Below, piece by piece: positions 28,172 through 38,298 of a stretch of DNA of 64,000 nt. Both the position numbers and the translations under genes were made by a program. Origin of the DNA: an uncultured Methylovirgula sp. (lineage in GTDB: Bacteria > Pseudomonadota > Alphaproteobacteria > Rhizobiales > Beijerinckiaceae); contig NZ_CANSHK010000002.1 of the NCBI RefSeq assembly GCF_947646745.1, forward strand, positions 20,816 through 84,815, read 5' to 3'. Position 1 is the first letter of the stretch. Each line of letters opens with the position of its first letter. Under the pieces are notes generated by a model. It saw only the letters and a program-made list of their open reading frames with translations, did not search any database and was not told where the DNA came from.

Positions 28172-31100
28172 CTATTCCGCCGGCACCGAGACAGTCGCCT
28201 TGCGGTCGAGCTTGCCCCAGCCGACGAGCGGCCCGAGCAGCGCAGTGATGACCGATTTCACCACGACATAATAGAGAATCTGCCGGTAGCCGACGCGCTG
28301 CAATCCGAGCCAGAGCATCAGCCGCCAATTCTCGTTGCGCTCGATGATGAAGGCGATCGCTACGGCCAGAAAGTCGGTCAGCATGAACACGCCGAAATAG
28401 ACGAGCGTGATGAGCAAATTGTCCGGATTGAACTGATTGCGGTGCTGCAAATAGTCGAGCCCGGTGTGCAGGATCTGCCAGAGCAGCATGAAATCGACGA
28501 GCGGCGCCATCACCGTCAGCACGACCTGGAACAGCCAGACCTGCGGCATGGCAATGAGACCCAGCGTGCCGAAACGCGGCCGAAAGGTCACGTCGCGATG
28601 CTTCCATAGGCATTGCAGCGTGCCATAAGCCCAGCGGAAACGCTGGCGGATCAGGCCTTCGAACGTGTCGGGCGCCTCGGTCCAGGCGACGGCCTCGCTG
28701 TCGAAGACGACGCGGTAGCCGGCCTTTTGCACTGCGATCGTCAGGTCCTGATCTTCGGCCAGCGTATTGGTTGGGAAGCGGCCGAGCTTTTCGAGGGCTT
28801 CGCGCCGCCAGGCGCCGACGGCGCCCGGGACGACGGTGATGCAGCCAAGCGTGACGAGCGCGCGGCGCTCGAGGTTCTGCGCGCTGATATATTCGAGCGC
28901 CTGCCATTTGGTGATCGTATTGATGCGATTTCCGACCTTGGCGTTGCCTGCGACGGCGCCGACCGTCGGATCGACAAACCAGCGCGTCAGATTGGCGATC
29001 GTGTCTTTCTCGAACAAAGTGTCGGCGTCGAGCGCCACGACAATGCTGCCCCTGACCTGCGCCAGACCTTGGTTGATGGCATTGGCCTTGCCGCCGTTGG
29101 GGATGGTGATCAGCTTGACGGCCGGATTGGCGCCGAAAGCGCGCTCGACGACATCGGAGGTCGCATCGGTCGAGCCGTCATCGACGACGATGACTTCGAG
29201 ATCGGGATAATTGCTGCCGAGGATGCGCTCGACCGATTGAACGATGACGGCCGCCTCGTTATGCGCCGGAATGATGACGCTGACCTCCGGCAGGACGCCG
29301 GACATGACGGGCTTTTTCTCCCGCGCCTCGCGGATACGATGCACGAGGCCGAGACCGGCAAGGAATAAGAGGCGCGCAAAGCCGAGCCAAATCGCGCCGA
29401 TGAACATGGCCTGCAGCAGATGCTGCGACCAGCCGAGCGTATAGAACACGGAGCGGTTGATGAATGGCTCGAACATGCCGGGCGGGAGCGTCGGCATGGC
29501 CTGCTCGCGAGTCAGGCCGGCGAGTTGCGAGGCCGTTTCGAATTCATAGCCGCGCGCCCGCAGTGCATCGATCAATTGCGGCAGCGCCTTGACGGTCTCG
29601 GCGCGGTCGCCGCCGGCGTCATGCAGCAGAATGACGTTGCCGGTGTTGTCGGGATCGGGATCGGAGACTTGTTTCAGGATGCGATCGATGATCGTCTGTG
29701 CCGACGGGCGCAGCCAATCGTCCGGGTCGATGCGCAAACCCACCGTGACGAAGCCCATGCTCTGCGCCAGTGCGACGGGCTCGAGCTCGTCCATGGTCGT
29801 GGGATCGGAATCGCCCATGAACGGCGGCCGGATGAGGCGCATCGAATGGCCGGTGATCGCCTCGAACAGGCGGCGCGTCGCATTGATTTCGAGCTTCGCC
29901 ATGCCTTGCGGCAGTTCGACGACGTTGGGATGCGTGAATGTGTGATTGCCGACGTCGTGGCCTTCTTCATATTCGCGCTGCACGATGTCCGGATAGGCAC
30001 CGGCGTTCTCACCGATGATGAAGAACGTGGCGTGGACGTGCTTTTGCTTCAGAATGTCGAGGATTTGCGGTGTCCACGTCGGGTCCGGTCCGTCGTCGAA
30101 GGTGAGAACCAGTTTTTTTTGCTGTGCACCGAATCGCTGGATGATGAACGACGTCGGCAGGACTTCGTAATTCTCGTCGACGACGTCGCCGGTCTGCGGA
30201 TCGAGTTCGAAGACGCGCTGGCCGGTCGAGGGCTGGGCGGCGACATGCAGGATTTCGCCCTGGTTCTCGAAATAGACTTCCTGCGTGGCGGGAATGGTCT
30301 TGAGGCCGTCGGGGGCGGCTGAATCGTAGGGGCGTCCGACGACCGACCAGATCGAGGGATCCTCGGCGCCGAGGCGCCACACCGCATAACCGGCCGGCCG
30401 GTAGATGTCGGCGGCATGGACTTCGTTGAAAGCCGAGACGCCATCGAGGAACCAGGCATTGTGCGCCTGGCCGCTCGCGTCCTTATAAGTGAAATGCGGA
30501 TTTTCGGCGTCGGCATCGAAATCGATGTCGCTCGCCTGCATGCGGGCGATCCGCGCAACGTCCTGGAAAGTCAGGTCTTCGGCCGGCTTGCCGGGTTTCG
30601 TCCAGTCATAGCCGTAATTGCCGAGCGCGATGATCGTGTGATCGGGATCGAGATCCTTCATCCGCGCGTCGAGCAGACGCTCGAACCAGCCCTGGCTCGC
30701 AACCGGCCCCGGCGCGCTCGTCTCCCAGTGCTCGTCGTAGGCCATGAGGATCATGTAATCGACGAGCTTGGAATAGGCGACGTAATCCCAGGAATCGTCG
30801 TCGAAGGGCACGGCGAGCAGGATTTTCCAGCCATGCGGCTGGAAGGCAGCGGCCATTTCCTTGAGGAAGGCTTTCAGATCGGCCTGGGCGCTGTCGGGCA
30901 CTTCTTCGAAGTCGACGGTCAGCCCCTGGCACTGGTTGAAATCGAGGAAATCGACGATCTCCTTGAGCCGCTCGGCGCGCTTGGCCGGGTCGGCCAGCCA
31001 TTTGGCGACGCCGGCGCCGTCCCATTTGCCTTCGACGGAATTCTGCAGCAGCGGGAAGATCGGCTTCGTCGGGTCCTGGTCGCGGATGGCCTGCAGAGCC

Positions 31101-31588
31101 CGATGGTCGAGATCGTTGCGGATGCCGATCTGATCGCCCTGCACGCTGAGCCAGGTCGGGATAACCCAATCGAGATGCGGCAAATCCTTCTTCAGGGCCG
31201 AGAAGCTGGTCTGGTCCCAATTGGCGTAGAAGCCGATCGACAGGCTGCGGCCCGGCATGGGCCCCGAGGCCTCGGTCGGGTGAGCTTGAGCTTGGGCTTT
31301 GAGATAAGCCATCCGCGAGAGATCGCGCTCCTTGCCGCGCAATTCGGAGGCGACGCGGCGGGTCGATTTCTGCAGCGAATGCTTGGTGACGGTGGCCGGC
31401 ACCGGCGGCCGGAACAAGGTTTCAGCCGAGCCCTCCAAATTGGTGCTCAGGGGCGCATTATTGCCGAGCAGCAGAGCCACAAAGGCAATGATGACCACGG
31501 CGACCGCCGTGGCGGCAATCCGCACAGTCCAGGAAAGCCGCGCCGCACGCTTGCCGGTGGGATCGAAGAAGACAGGTTTGGACCGCAT
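28172..31588 (-). CDS. Multidomain membrane enzyme: GH18-like + CE4 (NodB) polysaccharide deacetylase + processive family-2 glycosyltransferase
   Basis: 1138 aa. TM helix at residues 21-42. GH18-like region approx. residues 115-415 (LTVDFEE, LMAYDEHW). CE4 motifs at residues 493-690 (LTFDDGPD, HTFTHP, IRPPFMG, LLHD). Further TM segments. GT2 at residues 768-990 (VIIPAHNE, VVDDGSTD, LDADT, LAEDQDLT, QRFRW). C-terminal TM helices. Confidence 0.85.
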   Translation of the reverse strand: MRSKPVFFDPTGKRAARLSWTVRIAATAVAVVIIAFVALLLGNNAPLSTNLEGSAETLFRPPVPATVTKHSLQKSTRRVASELRGKERDLSRMAYLKAQAQAHPTEASGPMPGRSLSIGFYANWDQTSFSALKKDLPHLDWVIPTWLSVQGDQIGIRNDLDHRALQAIRDQDPTKPIFPLLQNSVEGKWDGAGVAKWLADPAKRAERLKEIVDFLDFNQCQGLTVDFEEVPDSAQADLKAFLKEMAAAFQPHGWKILLAVPFDDDSWDYVAYSKLVDYMILMAYDEHWETSAPGPVASQGWFERLLDARMKDLDPDHTIIALGNYGYDWTKPGKPAEDLTFQDVARIARMQASDIDFDADAENPHFTYKDASGQAHNAWFLDGVSAFNEVHAADIYRPAGYAVWRLGAEDPSIWSVVGRPYDSAAPDGLKTIPATQEVYFENQGEILHVAAQPSTGQRVFELDPQTGDVVDENYEVLPTSFIIQRFGAQQKKLVLTFDDGPDPTWTPQILDILKQKHVHATFFIIGENAGAYPDIVQREYEEGHDVGNHTFTHPNVVELPQGMAKLEINATRRLFEAITGHSMRLIRPPFMGDSDPTTMDELEPVALAQSMGFVTVGLRIDPDDWLRPSAQTIIDRILKQVSDPDPDNTGNVILLHDAGGDRAETVKALPQLIDALRARGYEFETASQLAGLTREQAMPTLPPGMFEPFINRSVFYTLGWSQHLLQAMFIGAIWLGFARLLFLAGLGLVHRIREAREKKPVMSGVLPEVSVIIPAHNEAAVIVQSVERILGSNYPDLEVIVVDDGSTDATSDVVERAFGANPAVKLITIPNGGKANAINQGLAQVRGSIVVALDADTLFEKDTIANLTRWFVDPTVGAVAGNAKVGNRINTITKWQALEYISAQNLERRALVTLGCITVVPGAVGAWRREALEKLGRFPTNTLAEDQDLTIAVQKAGYRVVFDSEAVAWTEAPDTFEGLIRQRFRWAYGTLQCLWKHRDVTFRPRFGTLGLIAMPQVWLFQVVLTVMAPLVDFMLLWQILHTGLDYLQHRNQFNPDNLLITLVYFGVFMLTDFLAVAIAFIIERNENWRLMLWLGLQRVGYRQILYYVVVKSVITALLGPLVGWGKLDRKATVSVPAE

Positions 31589-31867
31589 TGCCGCTATTTC
31601 AGAACCAATTTCGCCACTCTAGGCGTGGGTGAATTTCAATGAACGCAGGCTGAACGCCAGTGCGGGCCACGAAAAAGACCTGCGGCCTGCGCGCAAGTGT
31701 GATCGCAAGGGCACAATTTCCGGCTTGGCATGCGCTTCCTGCTTTGCCAAAGTCACAATTGAAAGCCCTGCCGGCTTGCGCGATAACCGCGCCGACATGT
31801 CTCCGACCGTCTTCGGGCCCGAATCGCCGGGAAGACGGAATTTTCGAGACGAATTCAACAAGGAGTA

Positions 31868-32650
31868 ATGAAGATGGCCGGAGTTCGCGCCTGGGGAAGA
31901 CGCCTGGCGATTGCCGTGGCGGCCGCCGCCTGTCTCAGCGCCCCCGCTGTCGCCGGCGACATTTCGGACGCGCAGACGAGCGAAATCGAATCGATCGTCA
32001 AAGCCTATATCTTGAAGCATCCTGAAATCGTCCAGCAGGCGATCCAGGAATTGACCGACCGCGAGAAGGTCGCCGACGCCGCGGCGCGGGCCAAAAGCCT
32101 CGATGATCTGAGGGGGCCGCTTTATAGCTCGCCGAACGAAGCCATCGTCGGCAATCCGAACGGCAAGATCACGCTGGTCGAATTCTTCGACTACAATTGC
32201 GGCTATTGCAAAAAGATGCTGCCCGACCTTGCCCGGCTGATGAAGGCCAATCCCGATTTGAAGGTGGTGCTGCGCGACTTCCCGATCCTGTCGGATGCCT
32301 CGATCGACGCGGCGACAATCGCCGCCGGCGTCCGCGATCAGTTCAAGGGCGAGAAATTCTGGGAATATCACCAGCGGCTTCTCGGCATGCACGGGCTCGT
32401 CGGCAAGGAACAGGCGGTTGCGCTCGCCGAGGAAATGGGCGCCGATATGCCGAAGCTCGCGCATGACGCGCAGGCGCCGCAGGCCAAGGCGGGGCTCGAG
32501 GAATCCTTCAAGCTCGGCCGGGTCCTGCAGATTCAGGGCACGCCGTCCTATATCGTCGGCGATGCCGTCGTCGATGGCGCCGTCGGCTATGATGACCTGC
32601 AAGGCAAGGTCAACAATCTGCGCAAATGCGGCAAGACCGTCTGTTCTTAA
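31868..32650 (+). CDS. DsbA-family thiol:disulfide oxidoreductase (secreted)
   Basis: Signal peptide and the CGYC active site in FFDYNCGYCKK. AGGAG 3 nt upstream of the ATG. Confidence 0.85.
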   Translation: MKMAGVRAWGRRLAIAVAAAACLSAPAVAGDISDAQTSEIESIVKAYILKHPEIVQQAIQELTDREKVADAAARAKSLDDLRGPLYSSPNEAIVGNPNGKITLVEFFDYNCGYCKKMLPDLARLMKANPDLKVVLRDFPILSDASIDAATIAAGVRDQFKGEKFWEYHQRLLGMHGLVGKEQAVALAEEMGADMPKLAHDAQAPQAKAGLEESFKLGRVLQIQGTPSYIVGDAVVDGAVGYDDLQGKVNNLRKCGKTVCS

Positions 32651-32767
32651 CCTGTTCGCGGATCGCTGTTTGCACGGGATGAGCACGGGCGGAGCGCCAT
32701 TCGGGCTTTCTTTGCCGCAGGAAGCCGGTTAAGGAAGCCAGACGCGAGTCCCCTAGCCCAAGCCCGA

Positions 32768-33217
32768 ATGATCAAGGCTATTCACGTCCTTAACGGACCC
32801 AATCTCAATTTGCTCGGAACCCGCGAGCCGGAGGTCTACGGACACGAGACGCTGGCCGATATCGAGGCGCGGCTGAAGGCTGCCGCCGGCAAATTCAACG
32901 TGGCGCTGACCTTCCGCCAGTCGAACCATGAGGGCGATCTCGTCACCTGGATTCAACAGGCCGGCCGCGCCGGCGAGCCGGTCATCCTCAATGCCGGTGC
33001 TTACACCCATACATCGATCGCCATTCTCGATGCCATCAAGGGTTCAAACGCCGATGTCATCGAGGTGCATCTGACGAACGTTCATGCGCGCGAACATTTC
33101 CGCCATCATTCGCGCCTATCGGCGGCGGTGCGCGGCGTGATAGCGGGATTTGGCTCCCGCTCTTATGACCTTGCGCTGCAAGCCTTTTTGTTTGCGTCCG
33201 CGACCGGCGAGAGTTGA
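32768..33217 (+). CDS. aroQ: Type II 3-dehydroquinate dehydratase
   Basis: VLNGPNLNLLGTREPEVYG...SNHEGDLV...NAGAYTHTS. 149 aa. Confidence 0.95.
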   Translation: MIKAIHVLNGPNLNLLGTREPEVYGHETLADIEARLKAAAGKFNVALTFRQSNHEGDLVTWIQQAGRAGEPVILNAGAYTHTSIAILDAIKGSNADVIEVHLTNVHAREHFRHHSRLSAAVRGVIAGFGSRSYDLALQAFLFASATGES

Positions 33218-33714
33218 ACCTAATGACCGAGAAGAAACCGGGCACACCGGCCCAGCCCTCCCCCATCGACCCACATCTCGTCGAAACGCTCGGCGAAATC
33301 GCCAACCGTCTCGACCTCAGCGAGATCGAGGTCGCGCAAGGCGAATTGAAGATCAAGGTCAAGCGCCAGAGCGCCAATGCGGCCGCGGCGCCGGTGGCCG
33401 TTGCGGTGCCCGCCTTGCCGATTCAGCAGCAGGCGGTTGCGGCCACGTCCAACGAAGCGCTTCAGCATGCGATCGTCGCTGCTGGCGCGGTCAAATCACC
33501 CATGGTCGGTACGGCTTATCTGCGGCCCTCGCCTGAATCGCCGCCCTTCATCACCATAGGCGCGCAAGTCAAAGCCGGCGATAAACTGCTTTTGATCGAG
33601 GCGATGAAGACTTTCAACGAGATCGTCGCCCCGCAGGGCGGAACAGTGACCTCGATTCTGGTCGAGGATGGTCAACCCGTTGAATTCGGCCAGCCGCTCG
33701 TCGTGGTCGAGTGA
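33214..33714 (+). CDS. accB: Acetyl-CoA carboxylase biotin carboxyl carrier protein
   Basis: Ala/Pro linker and biotinylation motif EAMKTFNEI. 4-nt overlap with aroQ. Confidence 0.93.
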   Translation: MNLMTEKKPGTPAQPSPIDPHLVETLGEIANRLDLSEIEVAQGELKIKVKRQSANAAAAPVAVAVPALPIQQQAVAATSNEALQHAIVAAGAVKSPMVGTAYLRPSPESPPFITIGAQVKAGDKLLLIEAMKTFNEIVAPQGGTVTSILVEDGQPVEFGQPLVVVE

Positions 33715-33732
33715 GGCGGCCTATGAGCGCGC

Positions 33733-35082
33733 ATGTTTGACAAGATCCTGATTGCCAATCGCGGCGAAATCGCGCTGCGCATTCTGCGTGCCGCGAAAGA
33801 ACTCGGCATCGCCACCGTCGCCGTTCATTCGACCGCCGATTCCGAAGCGATGCACGTCAAGCTCGCCGACGAATCTGTCTGCATTGGGCCACCCCCGGCG
33901 CGCGAATCCTATCTGAATATCCCCGCCCTGCTCTCGGCTTGCGAGATCACCGGCGCCGAGGCCGTGCATCCGGGTTATGGCTTTCTTGCCGAGAATGCGC
34001 GCTTCGCCGAAATACTCGCCGAGCATCAGATCGATTTCATCGGTCCGAACGCCGAGCACATCAGGCTGATGGGCGATAAGATCGAGGCGAAGCGCACCGC
34101 CAAGCGGCTCGGCATTCCTTGCGTGCCGGGATCGGACGGTGCCGTCGATGCCGACGAGGCGTTACATGTCGCCAAGGAGATTGGTTATCCCGTCATCGTC
34201 AAGGCGTCTGCCGGCGGCGGCGGCCGCGGCATGAAGGTCGCGCGGTCCGCCAAGGAGCTCGCGGCCGCGCTCGCCACCGCGCGCACCGAAGCGAAGGCCG
34301 CCTTCGGCGACGACGCGGTCTATCTCGAAAAATTTCTCGACAACCCGCGCCACATCGAAGTGCAAGTGCTGGGCGATGGCCAGGGCCATGCGATCCATCT
34401 CGGCGAGCGGGATTGCTCCTTGCAGCGCCGGCACCAGAAGCTTTTCGAGGAAAGCCCCTCCCCGGCGCTCAATCTCTCGCAGCGGCTCGAGATCGGCGAG
34501 ATCTGCGCCGCCGCGATGCGCGAGATGAACTATAAGAGCGCCGGCACGATCGAATTCCTCTACGACGACGGCAAATTCTATTTCATCGAAATGAACACGC
34601 GCATCCAGGTCGAGCATCCGGTGACCGAAATGGTGACCGGGGTTGACCTGGTGAACGAGCAGATCAAGATCGCTGCCGGTTCGCCGCTCAGCATTTTGCA
34701 GAGCGACGTCACCATGTCCGGCCATGCCATCGAATGTCGGATCAACGCCGAGGACGCGAAGACATTCCGCCCGTCGCCCGGCAAGATCGCCTATTACCAT
34801 CCGCCGGGCGGCCTCGGCGTGCGCGTCGACAGCGCCGCCTATGCCGGCTATTCGATTCCGCCTTATTACGACTCGTTGATCGGCAAGCTCATCGTCCACG
34901 GGCGCACCCGCGACGAGGCGCTGTTGCGGCTGCGCCGGGCGCTCGATGAATTCATCGTCGACGGGATCGAGACGACGATTCCCTTATTCCGGACCTTGGT
35001 TCGCAATAACGACATTCAGAACGGCGCCTACGACATCCATTGGCTCGAGCATTTTCTCCAGAATGGCGGCATGGACGGCTAG
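33733..35082 (+). CDS. accC: Acetyl-CoA carboxylase biotin carboxylase subunit
   Basis: [17 protein letters not shown]..., ATP-grasp motifs (GGGGRGM), [14 protein letters not shown]. Confidence 0.97.
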   Translation: MFDKILIANRGEIALRILRAAKELGIATVAVHSTADSEAMHVKLADESVCIGPPPARESYLNIPALLSACEITGAEAVHPGYGFLAENARFAEILAEHQIDFIGPNAEHIRLMGDKIEAKRTAKRLGIPCVPGSDGAVDADEALHVAKEIGYPVIVKASAGGGGRGMKVARSAKELAAALATARTEAKAAFGDDAVYLEKFLDNPRHIEVQVLGDGQGHAIHLGERDCSLQRRHQKLFEESPSPALNLSQRLEIGEICAAAMREMNYKSAGTIEFLYDDGKFYFIEMNTRIQVEHPVTEMVTGVDLVNEQIKIAAGSPLSILQSDVTMSGHAIECRINAEDAKTFRPSPGKIAYYHPPGGLGVRVDSAAYAGYSIPPYYDSLIGKLIVHGRTRDEALLRLRRALDEFIVDGIETTIPLFRTLVRNNDIQNGAYDIHWLEHFLQNGGMDG

Positions 35083-35133
35083 CGCCGAGAAGGGCGCCGT
35101 CTCGGATACAGTTCTTCTGCAATGAATCGACGC

Positions 35134-38100
35134 CTATTCCGCCGGCACCGGCTGTTTCGCCGGCGGCGAGGCATCGGCGAGCTCATCCGCCGTCGGGGCT
35201 ATGAAGCGGCCGAAGCGCAGCGACAGTGGCGGCAGGATGAACAGGTTCAGCGCCGTCGAGGTGAACAGCCCACCGAGAATGACGAGTGCCATCGGGCCTT
35301 CGATTTCACGGCCCGGCGTGTTCATGCCGATCGCGAGAGGTAAGAGTCCCAACCCCGTCACGAGCGATGTCATCAGCACGGCGGCGAGCCGGTCGCCGGC
35401 GCCGCGCACCGCGGTCTCCTTGTTCCAGGTCTGCGCATCGACCGAGACGAGATGCTCGTAATGCGAGATCATCATCATCGAATTGCGCAAGGTGATGCCG
35501 AACAGCGTGACGAAGCCGACCAGCGAGCCGAGCGAGAGGACCGCACCGGAGAAGAATACCGCGACGACGCCACCGACGAGCGCAAAAGGCAGGTTCGCCA
35601 AAGTGACGAGCAGATTGCGCCAATTGCGGGTGACGATCGATAACAGGAGGACGATGCCGACGCCGGCGCAGATCGATTTCAGCGTCAGATCCTGCTGCGC
35701 CTCGGCCTGACCTTGCGCCGCGCCGGTGAAGACGAGATAGGTGTCGGGCGGCAATTTGATCTTGGCCGCGAGTGCCGCCTTCGCATCCTTGACGAAGGAG
35801 GCGGGGTCCCTACCCTGCACGTCGAGCGTGATCGATTGCAGCCGCCGCCCGCCCTGGTGCTCGATGAGATAGAGGCCGGAGGTCGGCGCGATATCGGCGA
35901 CTTGCGCGAGCCGGACGTAGGTGCCGTCTGGCGCCCGCAGCGGCAGATCGCCGATACCGACGACATCGCCGACGCGGCGTTCCGCGAGCCGCACGACGAC
36001 ATCGAAGACACGGTCGGCTTGATAGGTCTGGCCGACGATATCGCCTTGATAGGCGGTGCGCACGACATCGAGAACGCTCGCCGGATCGAGCCCGAAGCTG
36101 TGCAGGTCGGCGGAGCGCAGCTTGATCGAGACCTGCGGCAGACCGAGGGGCGATTCGATCTCGACGGACGAAGCCCCGGGCACGCCGCGCAAGACCGCGA
36201 CGACGCGTTCGGCGGTGTCGTTGATGACGCCGAGATCGCTGCCGTAGACGTTCACGGCCACCGGTGTCGAATAGCCGGAAAAGGTTTCGTTGACGCGCTC
36301 GGTCAAAAACGTATTGGCGGAAATGTTGACGCCGGGGAAGTCGAGCAGATGCGCCAGCAGCGCCTGTTTGGCGTTCATCGCCGCATGGCCCGAGATCGGA
36401 TTGAGCTCGACCTCGAACTCGCTCTGGTGAGTGCCATGCGTGTCGCCCGCCGCCGCCTGTTCGACGCGGCCGACGCGCTGCGCCACGGTCTTCACCATCG
36501 GCAGGTTCATCATCGCCTGGGCGATGCGCGCGCCCATACGAAGCCCTTCCGCGGTCGAGGTGCCGGGCATGGCGGTCATGTGGACGATGAAATGACCTTC
36601 CTGCAGATCCGGCAAAAACGTTTCGCCGAAGAGCGGCAGCAGCGCGAGGCCGCCGGCGGTCAAGAGCGCCGCGAAAAAGATCGCGAGCCGCGGCGCGCCG
36701 ACGATGACATGCAACACGCTCTCATAGCGGCCGCGCGTCCATTTGACGACCGGTGGCGTATGCGCTTTCGCGTGGCGCGGCAGCAGCAGCAGCGACAGCG
36801 CCGGGGTAACCGTCAATGCGACGATCAGCGAGGCGAGAACGGCGTAGATATAGGTGAGGCCGAGCGGCGCGAAGAGCCGCCCCGCGACCCCCGCCAGGGT
36901 CACGACCGGCAGAAAAACGAGCAGGACGGCGAACGTCGCATAGACGACGGCGCTGCGGACTTCGAAGGTTGCTTCCAGCACCACGCGCGCGGCGGGCCGC
37001 GGCTGCGGCAGAAGCTGGTTCTCGCGCAATCTGCGGGTGATGTTCTCGATGCCGATCACCGCGTCGTCGACGACTTCGCCAAGCGCGATGGCGAGGCCGC
37101 CGAGCGTCATCGTATTGAGCGTGATGCCGGATTGTTGCAGCACAACGACTGCGGCGAGCAGCGAGATAGGGATCGCCGTACAGCAGATCGCCGCGGCGCG
37201 CAGGTCGAACAGGAACAGGATCAACACGACGATCACCAGCACGCCGCCGATCAAGAGCGATGAGCGCAGGTTGTCGGTCGCGGCGACGATAAAGTTCGCT
37301 GGCCGGAACAGGCCGCCGTGCAAAACGACGCCTTGTGCTTTGAGGCTCGGTTCGAGATCGGCGAGCGCCGCTTCGATCGCTTTCGTCACCTGCAGCGTAT
37401 TGGCACCATACTGCTCGTCAATATTCATGACGACGCCGGGCTCGCCCATGATCGCGGCAGCGCCGATCGACGGTTCCGGTGCCTCGATGACGTCGGCGAC
37501 ATCGCCGAGCGCGATGCGGCCGCCATCCGGGCGAAGGACAGTCGTGCGGGCAATATCGTCCGGAGTGATGCCCTCCGTCTCGGTCTCCAGGGTAATGCGC
37601 TGGTTCGGCGTGCCGATGAAGCCGGCGCCGCCGACGCCGGTGGCGCGCCGTGCGGCCGCGAGCACATCCTCCATGCCGAGACCGTAGCGGATCAGCCGGT
37701 CGGGATGGACCAGGATCTGGGTCGATTTTTCCTCGCCGCCGAAGACTTCGGCACCGGCGACGCCGGGAACGGAAAGCAGGCTCGGGCGGATCGTCCATTT
37801 GGCGATCGTCCGCAATTTCATGAGGGATTGCCGCTCGGAGGTGATGCCGATGACCAGAATGGTGGCGCCGGACGAGGTCATCGGGATCATCCCCGGAGCC
37901 CGCACGCCGACCGGCAATTGATTGGCGAGCGTCGCCAGCCGTTCCGCGACCTGCTGGCGGTCGCGATAGAGATCGGTGTTCAGACCGAAATAGACCTTGA
38001 TGTCGGAAAGGCCCTGGATCGAACTCGATTCGATGCGCTGCAGGTTGGCGATACCATTGACCTCGGTCTCGATCGGCCGGGTGACCAAAGTTTCCACCTG

Positions 38101-38298
38101 CTCGGCGGCAAAACCCGGCGCCTCGGTCTGGATATCGACCTGCGGCGGCGCAAATTCCGGAAAAGCGTCGTAGCTCGCGTGATTGAGCACATAGATGCCA
38201 TAGGCGACGAGCAGGCAGGCGAGGACGACGATGATGCCGCGGAAACGCAGCGCGAAGCGGATGATCGAGGCCTGCAGTCCGGCGACGTTCATCGTCAA
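35134..38298 (-). CDS. CusA/CzcA-family RND efflux permease
   Basis: 1054 aa. N-terminus ...DAFPEFAPPQVDIQTEAPG is typical of the CzcA/CusA clade. TM4 motif LGEVVDDAVIGIEN. Confidence 0.85.
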   Translation of the reverse strand: MTMNVAGLQASIIRFALRFRGIIVVLACLLVAYGIYVLNHASYDAFPEFAPPQVDIQTEAPGFAAEQVETLVTRPIETEVNGIANLQRIESSSIQGLSDIKVYFGLNTDLYRDRQQVAERLATLANQLPVGVRAPGMIPMTSSGATILVIGITSERQSLMKLRTIAKWTIRPSLLSVPGVAGAEVFGGEEKSTQILVHPDRLIRYGLGMEDVLAAARRATGVGGAGFIGTPNQRITLETETEGITPDDIARTTVLRPDGGRIALGDVADVIEAPEPSIGAAAIMGEPGVVMNIDEQYGANTLQVTKAIEAALADLEPSLKAQGVVLHGGLFRPANFIVAATDNLRSSLLIGGVLVIVVLILFLFDLRAAAICCTAIPISLLAAVVVLQQSGITLNTMTLGGLAIALGEVVDDAVIGIENITRRLRENQLLPQPRPAARVVLEATFEVRSAVVYATFAVLLVFLPVVTLAGVAGRLFAPLGLTYIYAVLASLIVALTVTPALSLLLLPRHAKAHTPPVVKWTRGRYESVLHVIVGAPRLAIFFAALLTAGGLALLPLFGETFLPDLQEGHFIVHMTAMPGTSTAEGLRMGARIAQAMMNLPMVKTVAQRVGRVEQAAAGDTHGTHQSEFEVELNPISGHAAMNAKQALLAHLLDFPGVNISANTFLTERVNETFSGYSTPVAVNVYGSDLGVINDTAERVVAVLRGVPGASSVEIESPLGLPQVSIKLRSADLHSFGLDPASVLDVVRTAYQGDIVGQTYQADRVFDVVVRLAERRVGDVVGIGDLPLRAPDGTYVRLAQVADIAPTSGLYLIEHQGGRRLQSITLDVQGRDPASFVKDAKAALAAKIKLPPDTYLVFTGAAQGQAEAQQDLTLKSICAGVGIVLLLSIVTRNWRNLLVTLANLPFALVGGVVAVFFSGAVLSLGSLVGFVTLFGITLRNSMMMISHYEHLVSVDAQTWNKETAVRGAGDRLAAVLMTSLVTGLGLLPLAIGMNTPGREIEGPMALVILGGLFTSTALNLFILPPLSLRFGRFIAPTADELADASPPAKQPVPAE

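Noticed and set aside
31619-32686. 355-aa ORF on the minus strand
   Set aside because: Antisense to the DsbA-family gene, which has a signal peptide, a CGYC site and a strong SD. The shadow ORF has no features.
35713-37263. 516-aa ORF on the plus strand (and similar ORFs at 37318-38397 and 28613-30322)
   Set aside because: All are antisense to large, well-supported genes (the RND permease and the GT2 fusion). They are highly Arg/Asp/Gly-rich with no motifs.
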